This document shows, in pieces, positions 50,901-63,311 of a stretch of 64,000 nucleotides of DNA. How positions within the stretch are numbered: position 1 is the stretch's first letter; every line of letters starts with the position of its first letter. The position numbers and the translations under genes were made by a program. The DNA is from Trichoplax sp. H2 (Eukaryota), in assembly GCA_003344405.1 (NCBI GenBank), contig NOWV01000129.1:1-64000 (forward strand). The letters run 5' to 3'. A model generated the notes under the pieces. The model had not been told where the DNA came from and did not search any database. It saw nothing but the letters and a program-made list of their open reading frames with translations.

Positions 50901-53900
50901 AGATTACTATACGTTGAACTTTCCATTGCACTACGTAATTCATTCAACCATCCGATTATCATGCTCACCCTTCAACAAGTACAAGTTGGCATTCTAATTT
51001 CTTGGCTATCGTATAATCTTGCTCATATTGGTGAGTTTTCCTATTCAAAATAGTGTACTAATTTAGAATGGTGTTGATCATCAGGACTTGTTATTAATAG
51101 ATATTCATTATATCAATCGTCAGCCATGCTCAGGTGGCTGCAATGCACTGCACTAAAGGTCAAATGACAAATACAGAGCTGTCTTCGCTTGTGATACGCA
51201 CACGATAATCTGTTGATATACTGTACTGCACTACCATATTACCTTCGCTCTATTTTTGATATCAACAAGCAAAATCCAATACTGTAATTCCAATCAATCT
51301 TGTATAGTGTAAAAGGGCTCATCCTTTATATATGGTAAGACGATCACCAATACAATCGCATGACGGTGTCAGTCACGATGATGATTCTTTGATGGACTTA
51401 TTGATACTCCGAAGTCTCTAAATGGTGACGATTAAACATCCTTTTCAATGATTTTGGTATTGAACGTAGAAGAAAAACTAGCTAATGATAGCTATTAAAA
51501 GAGACTATCAATAATATGAATGTATGAATGAAAATTATTTACGTATCATCATTGGAAATAGGATCGCTACTGTAAAAGTGTCAACTTGAGTGCTATTATT
51601 TCGTGCCAAATACGATACATTGGGGTTAGATTTTAGTGTTAATGATAACTTGCTACAAAATCATTCGCCTTTAGTAGCTGTTATTCAACGCCTTATTGTG
51701 TAGGTATGGTGTTACCTAGACAGTTATCAACATGCACCTATGCGACAGAATAGAAAGAATATGACAATAATGGTTGGATTCTAGATACCGTATTAAAAAC
51801 TGAGATTGTCCTATTTTAATACCTGCTTAAAGGTTTAAAGGTATACTGTACTGTATTTTGTTGGCAAGATCGGATTTCGAGTAACTTACCCTAGGGGTGT
51901 GTTTGGTCTTAGCGCATACTCGTATTTGTCATTTTGTTCCATAATTTCAACAGATAGGATAGGCTATAGCTATTGCCTACAGTATATCGGAATTACTTTT
52001 CATGATCTTTCATGGTGCATTTCATATTCTGTATGACACCAATACTGTTAATTAACCATGATCGATTATTGTATTATTATGCTTTGATAGGTGTACTGGC
52101 TGGTAGCGTCGATAACCATCTTGAATTGGGCAAAAAGTTTCTGGCTGCCGGAAAATTGCAAGAAGCGCTAGTACAATATCATGCTGCTGTGGGTAAGATT
52201 TCTATAATAATCTTAATCCCCTTTTGTGATAGCTGCTACAAAATAAAATTTTAGAACACTCATGTTAATCGTAAAAATAATTTGATCTAATGGATCGTTC
52301 TTACGTGTAAGATGAATGATTAGTGATTAATGCTAAAGCGTTTGCTATAATCACGGGATTGAATAATTTGCTACTTTATGCCTATGTACAGATGGAGATC
52401 CCAAGAACTATTTGACATTTTTCAAGAGAGCAATAGTCTATATTGGAATGGAAAAGGGTCAATTGGCGGTGGCTGATTTAGATAGAGCCACAGAAATAAG
52501 ACCCAATTTTTTACAGGTATGAATAAAGTAGCTACTAAACTATCGTGTTTATAGATTGCTTTGCATTACTAAATTGGTTGGCTTTTAAAATCATTTACAA
52601 TGAGATATTAGTAAATCGTTGCATGTTCATTATAGGCAAAGTTACAACGAGGTAAGGTTCATATTAAACTAGGCAAACTGGAGAAAGCGCAACATGACTT
52701 GGAAGAATCGGTATGTTCCAACAGCGCATGACTATGTTAAGCTTTAAAGGCAATATTGCAACTTTAAGTGCTAGATTATGTCTATAATTTGTAGCTTTGT
52801 CGGCAATTTTCTACGAAGAGGGAAGTAAGCGATAATTTGATAGCTATGCCATATTTACAAATTTTAGATACAGGATAGTAGCATACAAAACGAAGCCCGT
52901 CAGCAGGTATGCTATTGAGGACTAAAATTTTGTTAGCCTAATGTTAAATAATAACTTTTTCTTTATTATCGTTTCGTATAAATAGTTGGAAAATATAGAA
53001 CCGCTAAGGCAGACTATTGCTAATGCAAAACATACTTATGCAAGCGGCGATTATGAAGCAGCTATTCAAATTCTTAATGTGGCAATTGAGGTAACTGAAA
53101 TCGATAAATTTCTACAGTAGAATGAATTAAAATTTTCTATATTGATGAGCGATTACATATTTTCGGTAAGGATCAGAAAAACATTCTAAGGGCATAACGT
53201 CCACTACTGTTCTTGAAGTTTGTTTCGATTATTTTTAAAGTTTTGAAAAATTGCCATAACTTGCTTATTTAATACTAGAGTTGTCCATGGGATCCTGAAT
53301 TGAGAGAGATGAGAGCTGAATCCCATTTAGCAGTGAATGACAGAATGGCTGCTATAGCTGATGTTAGGTAAATGTACAAGTTCTAGCAAATTTTTTGATG
53401 TTAACCACTGTAAGGGTTTTATTATCAAGATATTATTATAATTATTAACTGATACTTGGTAAATACATAATTTGTAGTAAATGTCTTGGTATTAAGAAGT
53501 GTATAAGAGTTTTATTATTAAGATATTATTAGCTGACGTTAGGTAAATGTATGAGTTGTAGCAAGTTTTTTTGGTATTAAGAACTATAAGAGTTTATTAT
53601 CAAGATATTATTTTAAGCCTTATTGATAAGGATATGACATAACTTAAAAGGATATTATAAATATCTGACGGCCATTGTTGCTTTCGTCTACTATTGTATT
53701 CTACATTAAAAGGCGAATTACAAGATTAACAAATGACAATACCAATGCTTATTACAAATTAACGAAATTACTTTACGAGAATGGAGATCTGGAAAGTTCT
53801 CTTCAGTAAGTACTAAATTATGATATGACGTATTCACAAATTGTACTTTTTTCAATCTGTAGAGGCGCTAATTTTTGTTCTAACATTATTTATGCTGGTT

Positions 53901-55357
53901 GACAGGCAAGTTCGAGAATGCTTAAAGTTAGACCCAGACCACAAAATGTGTTTTCCATTTTACAAGGTAATTAATAAACTATGGAGCTTGATTTTCCTTC
54001 GTCATTTTTCGACCCTTATTATTGAATTAGTAAACTTATAAAGTGTCTCCACATACGCATATTCTGTTTATAGAAAGTTAAAAAATTAAACAAAAAGTTG
54101 CAGAGTATTGAGGAGAAGATTAACACAGAAAGGTTGGTTCGTCAAATGACAGATGTTATAGTTGCATTGTTTTTGGATTGCTGTAGTTAACCAAAGACAT
54201 ACTTTTTCAGCTATCAAGATGCAATCCCGAAATTAACAGATATCATGCAAACTGACGTGACGCAAGTTCAACACTATGCAACTATGCTTTCATCCAAACT
54301 ATGCTTGTGTTATCTTAAAGTTAGTACTGTATTACTTGAAATAAATAGACGTTTATCTTGTCCGTTATATTTTTCGATAGAAATGAGGATAATTTTAACA
54401 ATTCAACTTATTTTAGGTAAAAGACGTCAACGAAGGCATTGCAGTGTGTACCGATGCCCTTAAGGAAAATGAAAACGATATTGATCTTCTTTGCAACAGA
54501 GCTGAACTATATTTGCTAAACGATGAATATGACGAAGGTTGTAGTAACGTATTTGTTAATCGATATAACTTGCAGTGGCTAATCAATATATTACGTGTTG
54601 TCCTTTCAGCTATTGCAGATTATCAAAAGGCAAAGTCAATTAACAATGGAAATCAAAGGGTAATTGATGTACTATTATTAAGATATGATTTACCATCAAT
54701 AGTGAATATCGATAATTTACAATTTCATTGCTAAGGGTTATTCTATAAACTTTGTTAAAAGGTAGCTTTGCCGATTTATCTTTTATTATCTTAAACATTA
54801 AGGCAAACGAAGGCTTGAATAGGGCTAATAGGCTATTAAAGCAATCTCAAAGGAGAGATTATTATAAAATTTTAGACGTTAAAAAGTGAGAACTATTTGA
54901 AAGTTTACATTGGTCGATTATTATTGTAATATAGTAAGATATTGATATCACTATTTATTAGAACTGCAACGAAACGTGAAATTTTAAAGGCTTATAGAAA
55001 ATTAGCTGTCAAATGGCATCCTGATAACTACAAAGGTGAAGATAAAAAAAAAGCGGAAAAGATGTTTATCGACATTGCGGCTGCTAAGGAAGTGTTATCC
55101 GATGCTGGTAAAGTTATATTGAATTAATATGATAACTTGGTATCGTATAAAATTATTAATGATCAATAGAACTAATACTTAATATTTTCTAACTAGAAAA
55201 AAAGCAAAAATTCGATAATGGTGAGGATCCCTTAAGCCCTGAAGGTCAACAACCTGATTTTCATAATCAAGGATTCCATTTCCAAGGAGGTGGCTTCCCC
55301 TTTGGCGGAGGAGATGGTTTTCATAATTTTAAGTTTCATTTTGGCGACAGAGTTTAG
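47917..55357 (+). CDS. DNAJC3: DnaJ homolog subfamily C member 3 (P58IPK; ER-lumenal TPR + J-domain co-chaperone), ~505 aa
   Basis: 16 exons: 47917-48016 (putative signal peptide ..FFWSFYALVPLNLAPNYG|), 52091-52192 (VDNHLELGKKFLAAGKLQEALVQYHAAV), 52392-52516, 52636-52710, 52868-52906, 52986-53090, 53279-53367, 53713-53805, 53906-53966 (VRECLKLDPDHKMCFPFYK), 54074-54132, 54211-54319, 54417-54537, 54610-54659, 54803-54885 (RDYYKIL), 54962-55107 (AYRKLAVKWHPD..FIDIAAAKEVLSD), 55197-55357 (FDNGEDPL..FKFHFGDRV*). Total 1518 nt with no frameshift. Exon 1 is inferred from phase-1 compatibility. Confidence 0.95.
48520..50040. repeat. ~30/33-bp satellite with an internal orientation switch (foldback arrangement) in DNAJC3 intron 1
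   Basis: Forward units AAAACTAGATGAGGGTATATCATTCAACGT / AAAACTATATGAGGGCCACATATTATTCAATAT from ~48520 to 49597. Reverse-complement units (TGCCCTCG....TTTCATATTGAATGATA) from ~49605 to 49985. About two forward units follow to ~50040. Confidence 0.95.
53355..53613. repeat. Three ~85-90 bp tandem copies starting in the last bases of DNAJC3 exon 7
   Basis: TAGCTGATGTTAG|GTAAATGTA...TTTATTATCAAGATATTATT at 53355, with copies at ~53445 (TAACTGATACTTGGTAAAT) and ~53530 (TAGCTGACGTTAGGTAAATGTA). Confidence 0.85.
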
Positions 55358-56247
55358 TGACACCTATCGACAATTACCGATTTATTCTATTAGCTGTTAA
55401 AATATTTACTAGAATTGGATTGTATTTTGATACATTATCGGTCTTTTGACATGTAATGACATTTTACGATTGGCATCTCTACGTGTACGCATATTAGAAG
55501 TCAATTATTGAAAATTTTCTGCCCATTTCCAATAATTACTCAGGATCGGAAAATCTTGGCAATTGACTTCAAAAATATCAGTATGTCAAAAATGTATACA
55601 ATTTTTCAAACAGAAATGATCTTTGTCAATTATAATACTACTAAGTTTTAACTGTACTTAATAATTACAAGAGAAGAAAATATTTGGATGAAGTATTTGT
55701 TATGAATGAATTATTGTAGTAGCGCCGATATAAATTAACCCCGTGATGGATTATGCTATCTTGGACGAGTATTGTTACAAAATTACAAAATTTACTGTAT
55801 TTAGCTGACTGTAACCATAACCATGACATTCTACTAATTGAAACATGACATTGTTGATTCTGGATTATGCAAATCGGTTCAGTATTGTCGTATACATCAT
55901 TTTATATACCTCTTGTATGATTATTGTATTTTATGTTTCATCGCGGATCAGAACAAAAGTCAATAAATAAATACGAATTATTGCGTGTTGCTATTAATAT
56001 TCTCTAGTTTACTATTTAATAGATCGTTGTACTCTTAATTAGCATGGTTAGCTATCGTAGCTTCTATTATTTGGTAATGTTGATTAGAGTAAATGATTGA
56101 GGGAACAGCTCATTTCGATTCAAGAGAACTGTGCAGTGAAGGATATTGGTGGTACTAATAATTGTGTAGGGCATTACTCGTAATTGATATTCTATTTTGA
56201 TCAAATTGCTTCTATTCTTTTGGATTTGCCAGAGACTATTGCTAAGG

Positions 56248-56506
56248 CAAAGTTCGTCAAGTTTTTATTGATTTTTAGTATTTTGATGAGATTACTTTTA
56301 TCCTTTGGGTTTACATTAGCTTTTCCCAGTAAAGTTGGTCAATTTTTATTAATTTTTAGTATTTGATGAGATTACTTTTATTTTTGGGGTTTCTATCAAT
56401 CAAATCTACCCAGTAAAGTTGGTCAATTTTCATTAATTTTTAGTATTTGATGAGATTACTTTTATTTTTGTGGTTTCTATCAATCAAATTTTCCCAGTAA
56501 AGTAGG
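56248..56506. repeat. Tandem repeat, 3 copies of ~80-84 bp
   Basis: CAGTAAAGTTGGTCAATTTT.ATTAATTTTTAGTATTTGATGAGATTACTTTTAT recurs at ~56248 (variant), 56327 and 56411, with a partial copy at ~56494. Confidence 0.9.
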
Positions 56507-57199
56507 TAGATTTTGCTCTGTTTCTTTTTTTTGCAATCTTTGACAAGGGAGGAATCCCATATTGCTATTGAATCATTTTAGCAGTAGCAGCGCTAACATA
56601 CGCATAGTATTCTATTTTAGTTTACGCTATTATTATTTTAGTCAGATTACTTCCGCTCGTTGGGTTTACCTCCGATTAATTAAGTTTTTTTCATCAAATA
56701 TCTTTGCTTCAGACGAAATCACTTTGGTAGAATCTATTAATAACGCTGTCTTGAAACTCTCTATATGCAAGGAATATGTTGTAGAGTTATGGACTTTTTA
56801 TAAGATTTCCTTGACGATAGTTGATTTGATTATCCTATACCCTGTATAACTGTGCATTTACTGTTAAAAAGGGGGAAAATAAGTATTGTTATAACATGAG
56901 AACATGGTCAGATCATTGCTTTATTAAAGAATGGGTAAGCAAGTTTGAGATTGCATTATATTATCATCTAATCATGGACTTAATGGACGATAGTTTACAT
57001 TTGTACGAGTGTGCATTTATTGCGGCTAAACTGGGTTGCAACGTGAGAATAGGGTTAAAACATCTTTTGTTGAAAGAATACAGTAGGTGACAAAGTTGAA
57101 GGCATCTTCCATAATGCAGATTTGAATAACTAGCTATGGTTAAATAATAGTCATGTTTCACTCAAGATAACAATACTGCTGTTTATATTCGCTAGACTA

Positions 57200-60100
57200 G
57201 TTTCCACAAGATTGTTGTAATGGAATAACGGCAATGTCCAGTTCCGTTTAATCGCTACAATACTGTAGACTCTCCATGGAGTGTACAATGGACGTAAATT
57301 ACATTATTGTTGTTATGATTCTGATAGCATTCTTGACTGGAGAACAATTGTAATGACGACATGATTGAATTTCTGCCATCAAGATTTGAAAAGCGTCATT
57401 AGTGGATTTAATTGATTACATATTTTATCATATGTAATTAGTACAACACACGAATACAGCATTATGCAATTTTGAATTTTGATTGAAAGTAGAACAAGAG
57501 AAAGAGATGGAAAGATCGAATGACGCAAATGCTGCGATGAGTTCATCCAAATTGGTGTTGCAATATGGGGCTGGAATGTTTGATTGATAGTTGAATATGA
57601 TCTCAATCTGTATTGTATCCAAAACTGCTGGAAAAGCGTCTCCTTGGAGTAGCCTATGCTTCAACTCACTACCATAGCATGCAATCAGATATTGAAAGTT
57701 GTAGACCCGTCATACGGACTTGCATGGCATTATGCAATATTTTGACCATCATTGAATTGTCATCCTCTCTATTCCATGCGCGATTGCAGTAAGTGCCACT
57801 CAATCCAGTACAGTATGTCGGCAGGATCGTTTCCTACCGTACGTTCGCTTGAAAAGATTACTTCAAAGCTTATTATCAGCTACTCGATTAGGCAAGTGCC
57901 AGGGTCGATAGTCAAAGAAAGAAGAGTATGGATACGGCCTGCTCGATCTATTGGCGTAATTTAGGGTACTGGAAATTGAAATGGACTTTTTTAGAATAAG
58001 TCAAGTAGTTCATGATCGACTGACTCGACCCTACTCATGAAATGAGTTTGCAATGCATGGTCCCATTTGAAAATACTGTACAGGCAGCAGTTGGAGCTTG
58101 GCTTAGCGAGCGTATACTGATAGCAGAACTTTGAATCGGCTGCAAATTGGAGAGAGATTTCGACAGTGCAATCCATGATGGAAATGGAATCGTTGTTTAT
58201 TAGGATAGAAAAAGAAAGTTTACAGTGATTCGTTGTTATCAGCTGTTTACTCAAATGACATCCAGCGAATGACGCCTGTTGGATATGGTCAGACACCGCA
58301 CGACACCTGCAACGTCTTTCACTACGCTTGATAGACACACTACAGTATAGAACGTACTATGAGTAGACACACTCCATCCAGTAGTGTCATGTATTGTGGT
58401 TGCACAGACGAGTGTGAACCGTGTCGGGTCAACCCCAGAAAAGGCTGACTGTTGTTGTGTACAAAATGCCTGGCCATTTTGGCGGGTAAAATGTATTTGT
58501 TTACCCATTGATGGATGAAAGGAACACGCAACAGTAAACAAAGACTTGATCGGACTCTTCCTTTGTTGACGAGAATACAGTACTGAATGTCGGACAAGCT
58601 TGTCCGGCTACGTCTCCATAGGTACAGTATTCATGGAGAACAATATAGCCACTCCATTCAGTACTGTAGTCAGTATCATCTCCATGTTGCACCACACAAT
58701 AGTATGGAGTTTTGATTCAACGATTAGTCATTTTGCACATCGGTGCTGTCATCTTTTGCGTGTGTTTTGTATTTGGAGAGAAAACGATCACTTTACGGGG
58801 GCGCTTTATAGCGTCGATCGAAAGAGGTGTACAATGTACAGTACAGTGCAGGAAAGGCCGTTGAAATTCTATGCTGTATGAAGGCGAGAATTTTCAATTT
58901 GAATAGCTTTTAGTATGGAGAATAGGGAAGGGATCAGACAGTAGCGTCTTAAGCTACAGTACAGTACTGTAAGTAGAGTTTACAGTACTGTACTGTACAG
59001 TAGTCCAGCAGTACGGTACATTACAATACAGTACTAAAATGATAGGAAACCACTGTACACTGTACTGTACCGCAGCCGTCTCTCCACTACAGTACTTTTC
59101 TCTTGGACTGTGGCGCATGGACTGTACGCCATAGTAAATAGTCTCCACAACGTACAGTACAGTACGCAGTTGAAAATGGACGGAAAAACATGGACTGTAC
59201 TGTAGCGTCCAGTCGGTCCAGTACAATACACCTCTCGACAGTGAACGTACAGTATAGGACAAGGCAAGCTCCTGTCGGACTACGATTCTTCGCCCCCTTT
59301 CAAATTCAACTTCCACTGCGTAGCTAGAGCAATCCTGCTTGAATCGGTAAGCAAGAAAAATCCATATCAAGGCGAAAATGGTAGCAACTAGCCAATAACG
59401 AGTGGAGTATTGAAGCGACCAATTGGAGTTATTGCTTACCCGTTGGTCAGGCTATCTGTACATCAAGTGTATACCAATATTGGTGGGGTGATATTGATAG
59501 GATTAACCATTGAAAAAGTCAAGATTGTAGCGGCGTGAACGACCCGTCGATCCAGCCTCTATCGCAAGGTAACAAGCTTACCTTGGACTGTCCTCTACTG
59601 TATTAATTAGAGAGGAAATCACGGTGTTTAGCGAGTTGTCTTAGCGACTTGATCGGCCTTACCATCACAGTAGTATTATCAACAAGGTGGCGAATTCTGA
59701 ACAAAGCGCTATTTTGGCTTCCAAGATTGTGTAAGTTGCAATAATACTCGGATAGAAATTGTTCAACTGTATGGACGTGCTAGGCTTAGCTGCTAATCGC
59801 AATGCCTACAGTTATTCTCGGTGTGTGACTTTTTTACCAAACATGATACCATCGTCAAGGACGTGCACAATGATGCAAAAATGGTGTGCTTTGAACCATT
59901 TCCAATCGTCTAGTGGTACACACATTCTCTGAAGTAAAGTCCACGTTGACTATCATCAATCATGATGATGGATATTTTTGAGTACTGTGTCCTGTCCATG
60001 ATGGGGCGGACGATCACTATTCATTCTTGTCAAACCATCGACCTACAGTAATAGGCAGTAGTGTGGATGATACGGTAACAACGAGGAAGTTGGAGTACTG

Positions 60101-63000
60101 AACAACGGTGTTCGTGGCGTGCTGTCCATACATTTGCTAATGCATGACATGTTTTACATGATGTATATTGAATTTCCTCCCAAAAAGATTTGCAGTTTTA
60201 TACATTTACACACTAGGCGGTGCTAGTATGGCTAGTGACTGTTGATCGATGGTGCGCTGTACTTGTTAGTAAAGTTAATGTTAGCCACTGTACACGGGTT
60301 GGAATGGCCGGACAGTAGTTTTCAATCTTGCCTTTATTTCACTTTCTTGGCGTCATGCTCTGTCGTAGCAGTATTCGGCAAGACCGAATACCAGTAGTAG
60401 AGCATGTACAACGCCGATCAATCAATGAAGAAATATTATGGCGTTCTTTGAATGAAAGCAGAGTTACGACATACTTATCTTAACGGATAATCATTTGCTT
60501 TACTTAGATGATGTAACACAAATACACAAGTGGATTAGTTTATAGTAAAAAGACCCTGACAGACTCTAATTGACAGATATTAGCAATTGCCATAGAGATC
60601 AATCTCTCTGGCATTTGCAGTTTCCACGATCACAGCATATTCAATTGGTAACCAACTTTTATTTTTGCTGCCTCTTTAGCCAGTGACCTGTACAGCGTAC
60701 AGTACTATCGTCGCCAATTTATCAATGAGTTGTATGAGTTTGAGCTTGAATTCAAGTTTTTTTGTGTTATTATACCGAATCAACTGTCCAAATCCACTAC
60801 CGTATTTGCTAGCTCTACCGACGCTAAATATCAATCTATCTAATAATGAAAACCGATTGAAAATAGACTGCCACTTCGACAGATTTTGCCTAGCATTGTT
60901 CAATCTTGAAATGGAATTATCTAGTACTACCACTAAAGTGAAACACCGACTGTAGGATCATGCTTGGAATAGTCGTTCATTCACCTTTAACTTTACCGGT
61001 ACTTTGTAATAAGAACAGTAGTCATTGCTGATTTTTCTAACATTAGCTCACTTTGGAATCAATACTATTCAGCAAGGAGTAGAAATGATATGATTCACTT
61101 ATGAGAATAGGCTATAGGCATGCGGCATTGAGCGACGTGATGGTGAAGTTAACACTTTATACAAGTACAGTAACATGATTCGATGTTGTTTTACTGAGGT
61201 CTAGTTGGACTAAAAACAGTCGAGGGTTGAAACTTGACTACAAGTATTACACGCATCATAGAATGAATGTACCGTGATGCTACCGCTGCATAGTTTTGCA
61301 GAAATGTGAATTCTTTATTGCATGGGGGGGCTATCAAGTTAGTCCTTGTTCATGAATTGTTATGGAAGCACGTACGCTGGTATTTTGATTGAAGTACAGA
61401 CAGAAAGTGAATTAAACTGTGACTGGAGAGAGATATTCACTCGTATAGTATGCGTTGATGGCCTTTCTTTGCTAGTCGTTCTAGTGAACGTTTTCGGTAG
61501 ATATTTTGCTATGAAAGATAAAAATCATTGATCCATATTTTGGGATGGCAATGGTATTGGGTCGTCTAATCTTATCCTTCAAGTAATATTGTATGTTGCA
61601 TAGTGAACTTTCAATGCTAGTCACTGTGCAATCTGTTTGCTTTAATCAATCATAACGTGTGCAATAACAAAATACGGGAGCTTGTCAAGTCTGTGTGGAT
61701 GATCTTTCTGATGGGGCTGTACTGTAGTAAGTATACTGAAACGTCCTTCGATACGTTGACTTCTATCATGGAAACACTTACATCCTGGTTTTGTTGACGA
61801 TGATTTCCTGACGAAAAAAAGCGTACAGTACGGCACATTCTAGTGCAGGCAATTGGTATCTCGATCATCTTAGGATAAACGACATACAATCGAAATTAGA
61901 GAAGTTGTCAAGACGTCAATACAAGTAAGGACATGGAGTGGCACGTCGGACTTGGTCAACAACCAGGCCTGCAAGTACCGACAGCATCCATCGACTTGTT
62001 TGCAAATGATTCTCGTCATTGCTTTCGATCAACTTCAACTATTGCGTTGGTTAGCTGCGATCTATTCATGGATATCATGTTATACTTTATTTGCCTAAGC
62101 TATGAGGAAAAGCGTTATCCTTTAAACGACTGCTCAAGTCGTTTAAATGACTCAGTGGGACTAATGGCTTCGATGGCCATTTTTCTGTTGTTTTTTGCTC
62201 GATTGAAAAGGACGTTACACTCAAAGGCATGCGGTCGCTCCAGTTAGGGTAGTCCCTAGTTGAGCACACTACCTACAGGGGTTTTACAGCATGCAATTTT
62301 GCTAGTAGTCGGAAGTGGAGTGATAGGTCCTGCCGTACTGTCCTTCCATCCACCATGCACACAGTACAGTCCGTGTCCAGTACACGGGTGGGTGTTGTGC
62401 AGAGTGAGGAATCACTATGGATGGACGGACGAGATGACGACTGAAGGGGCTAAATGGAGGGTAGAGTTGTAGGGCGGCCCTGTCTTCGGACGCATGTCGT
62501 ACTGGACGTCACCGACTAAACTGATACAGTGATATCCAATGTCCTACGTCTAGTACTGTTACAGTATATGGGGACAGCCAATTCAGCACTAGTACAAACA
62601 CGAAACGACGCCGTTCGCAGAAAACGAGCGTCGACATTCGTTGAGGCAAAAATACTTTCTCCTCTGCAGTCACTACGGCAACGACAGGAACGATCGCACT
62701 GTACTCGCACATTGATCACTATTGCATACTGATTCTTAACAACGCAATACTGCATACGTAGACTCGACTCTATTGAAGCCTGATGAATACCTTTGAAATT
62801 GGGTAGCTGATGCTATTAAATTAACACCATTGCTAGGTGAAACCGTGCAAGTTTGAAGCTATTTCGGCGTCGGTAGCTAGTCATCACAACACTAATAACG
62901 GTTAATCAATAGATCGGTTGATCTCACCAAAAAGTAAGTACAGTAAGCAGTTTGGTAGTTTTTGCATGGACGGGAGGGGGGAGGGGGAAATTGTAGTATA
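57200..63000 (-). mobile_element. GC-elevated island of decayed repeat DNA with possible hAT transposase fragments
   Basis: No spliceable gene found. Minus strand ~60955-60560 reads LVVVLDNSISRL..IF..KLATIVL..VT..(frameshift)..NML*S..MPERLISMAIANI, similar to the hAT C-terminal dimerisation region (LRSTM..ERL..LA..I). Minus strand ~57860-57610 reads KRTYGRKRSC..W..W..YC..C..GDAF..GY, similar to a TTF-type zinc finger. Both need frameshifts; boundaries approximate. Confidence 0.35.
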
Positions 63001-63311
63001 TTGTAAGCAAGATCTGATGGAATATAAGCCATTTTGAAGAGCTACTTTATCTTCATCTACCGTGTTCTATTTTGATAGTCGATCAATCACTAGATTCATT
63101 TTGAATTCGAGTAGACAAGAATTGCATCACCGAGTGATGCAATTTTCTACTTTTATGAAATGGCAATACTTTATTCTTCCCTTTAGCTATAGATAATATT
63201 TAAAATATCATCTCAACATGAGTAAAGAGAGAGAATGAAATCCATTTCAATGTATCATTTAAGTGATGGTGATCCTTCTTCTTCATTTTAGGACGGCATT
63301 GTGATTAGAGT

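Noticed and set aside
52795..52824. 30-nt phase-0 micro-exon (LCRQFSTKRE) with AG/GTAAGC boundaries in DNAJC3
   Set aside because: It would leave a 43-nt downstream intron, shorter than any other here, and the protein matches DNAJC3 length without it. RNA-seq would be needed to exclude it fully.
57600..57860. Functional link between a P52rIPK/THAP12-like (hAT-derived) relic and adjacent DNAJC3/P58IPK
   Set aside because: The relic is fragmentary, non-coding and only tentatively hAT-like. Adjacency is best explained by chance.
62121..62147. Hairpin TTTAAACGAC-7nt-GTCGTTTAAA as a terminator or ncRNA
   Set aside because: A 10-bp AT-rich stem in decayed repeat DNA with no supporting context. 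Intrinsic terminators do not apply to this eukaryotic locus.
56184..62755. Cluster of 60-138 aa ORFs on both strands as real genes
   Set aside because: No coherent exon chain or recognisable intact domain. Longer ORFs are expected from the locally higher GC and low-complexity TACAG tracts.
62972..62987. G-rich tract GGGAGGGGGGAGGGGG (and G11 at 11208) as G-quadruplex or element termini
   Set aside because: Short simple G runs with no matching flanks to define element ends. No function can be supported.
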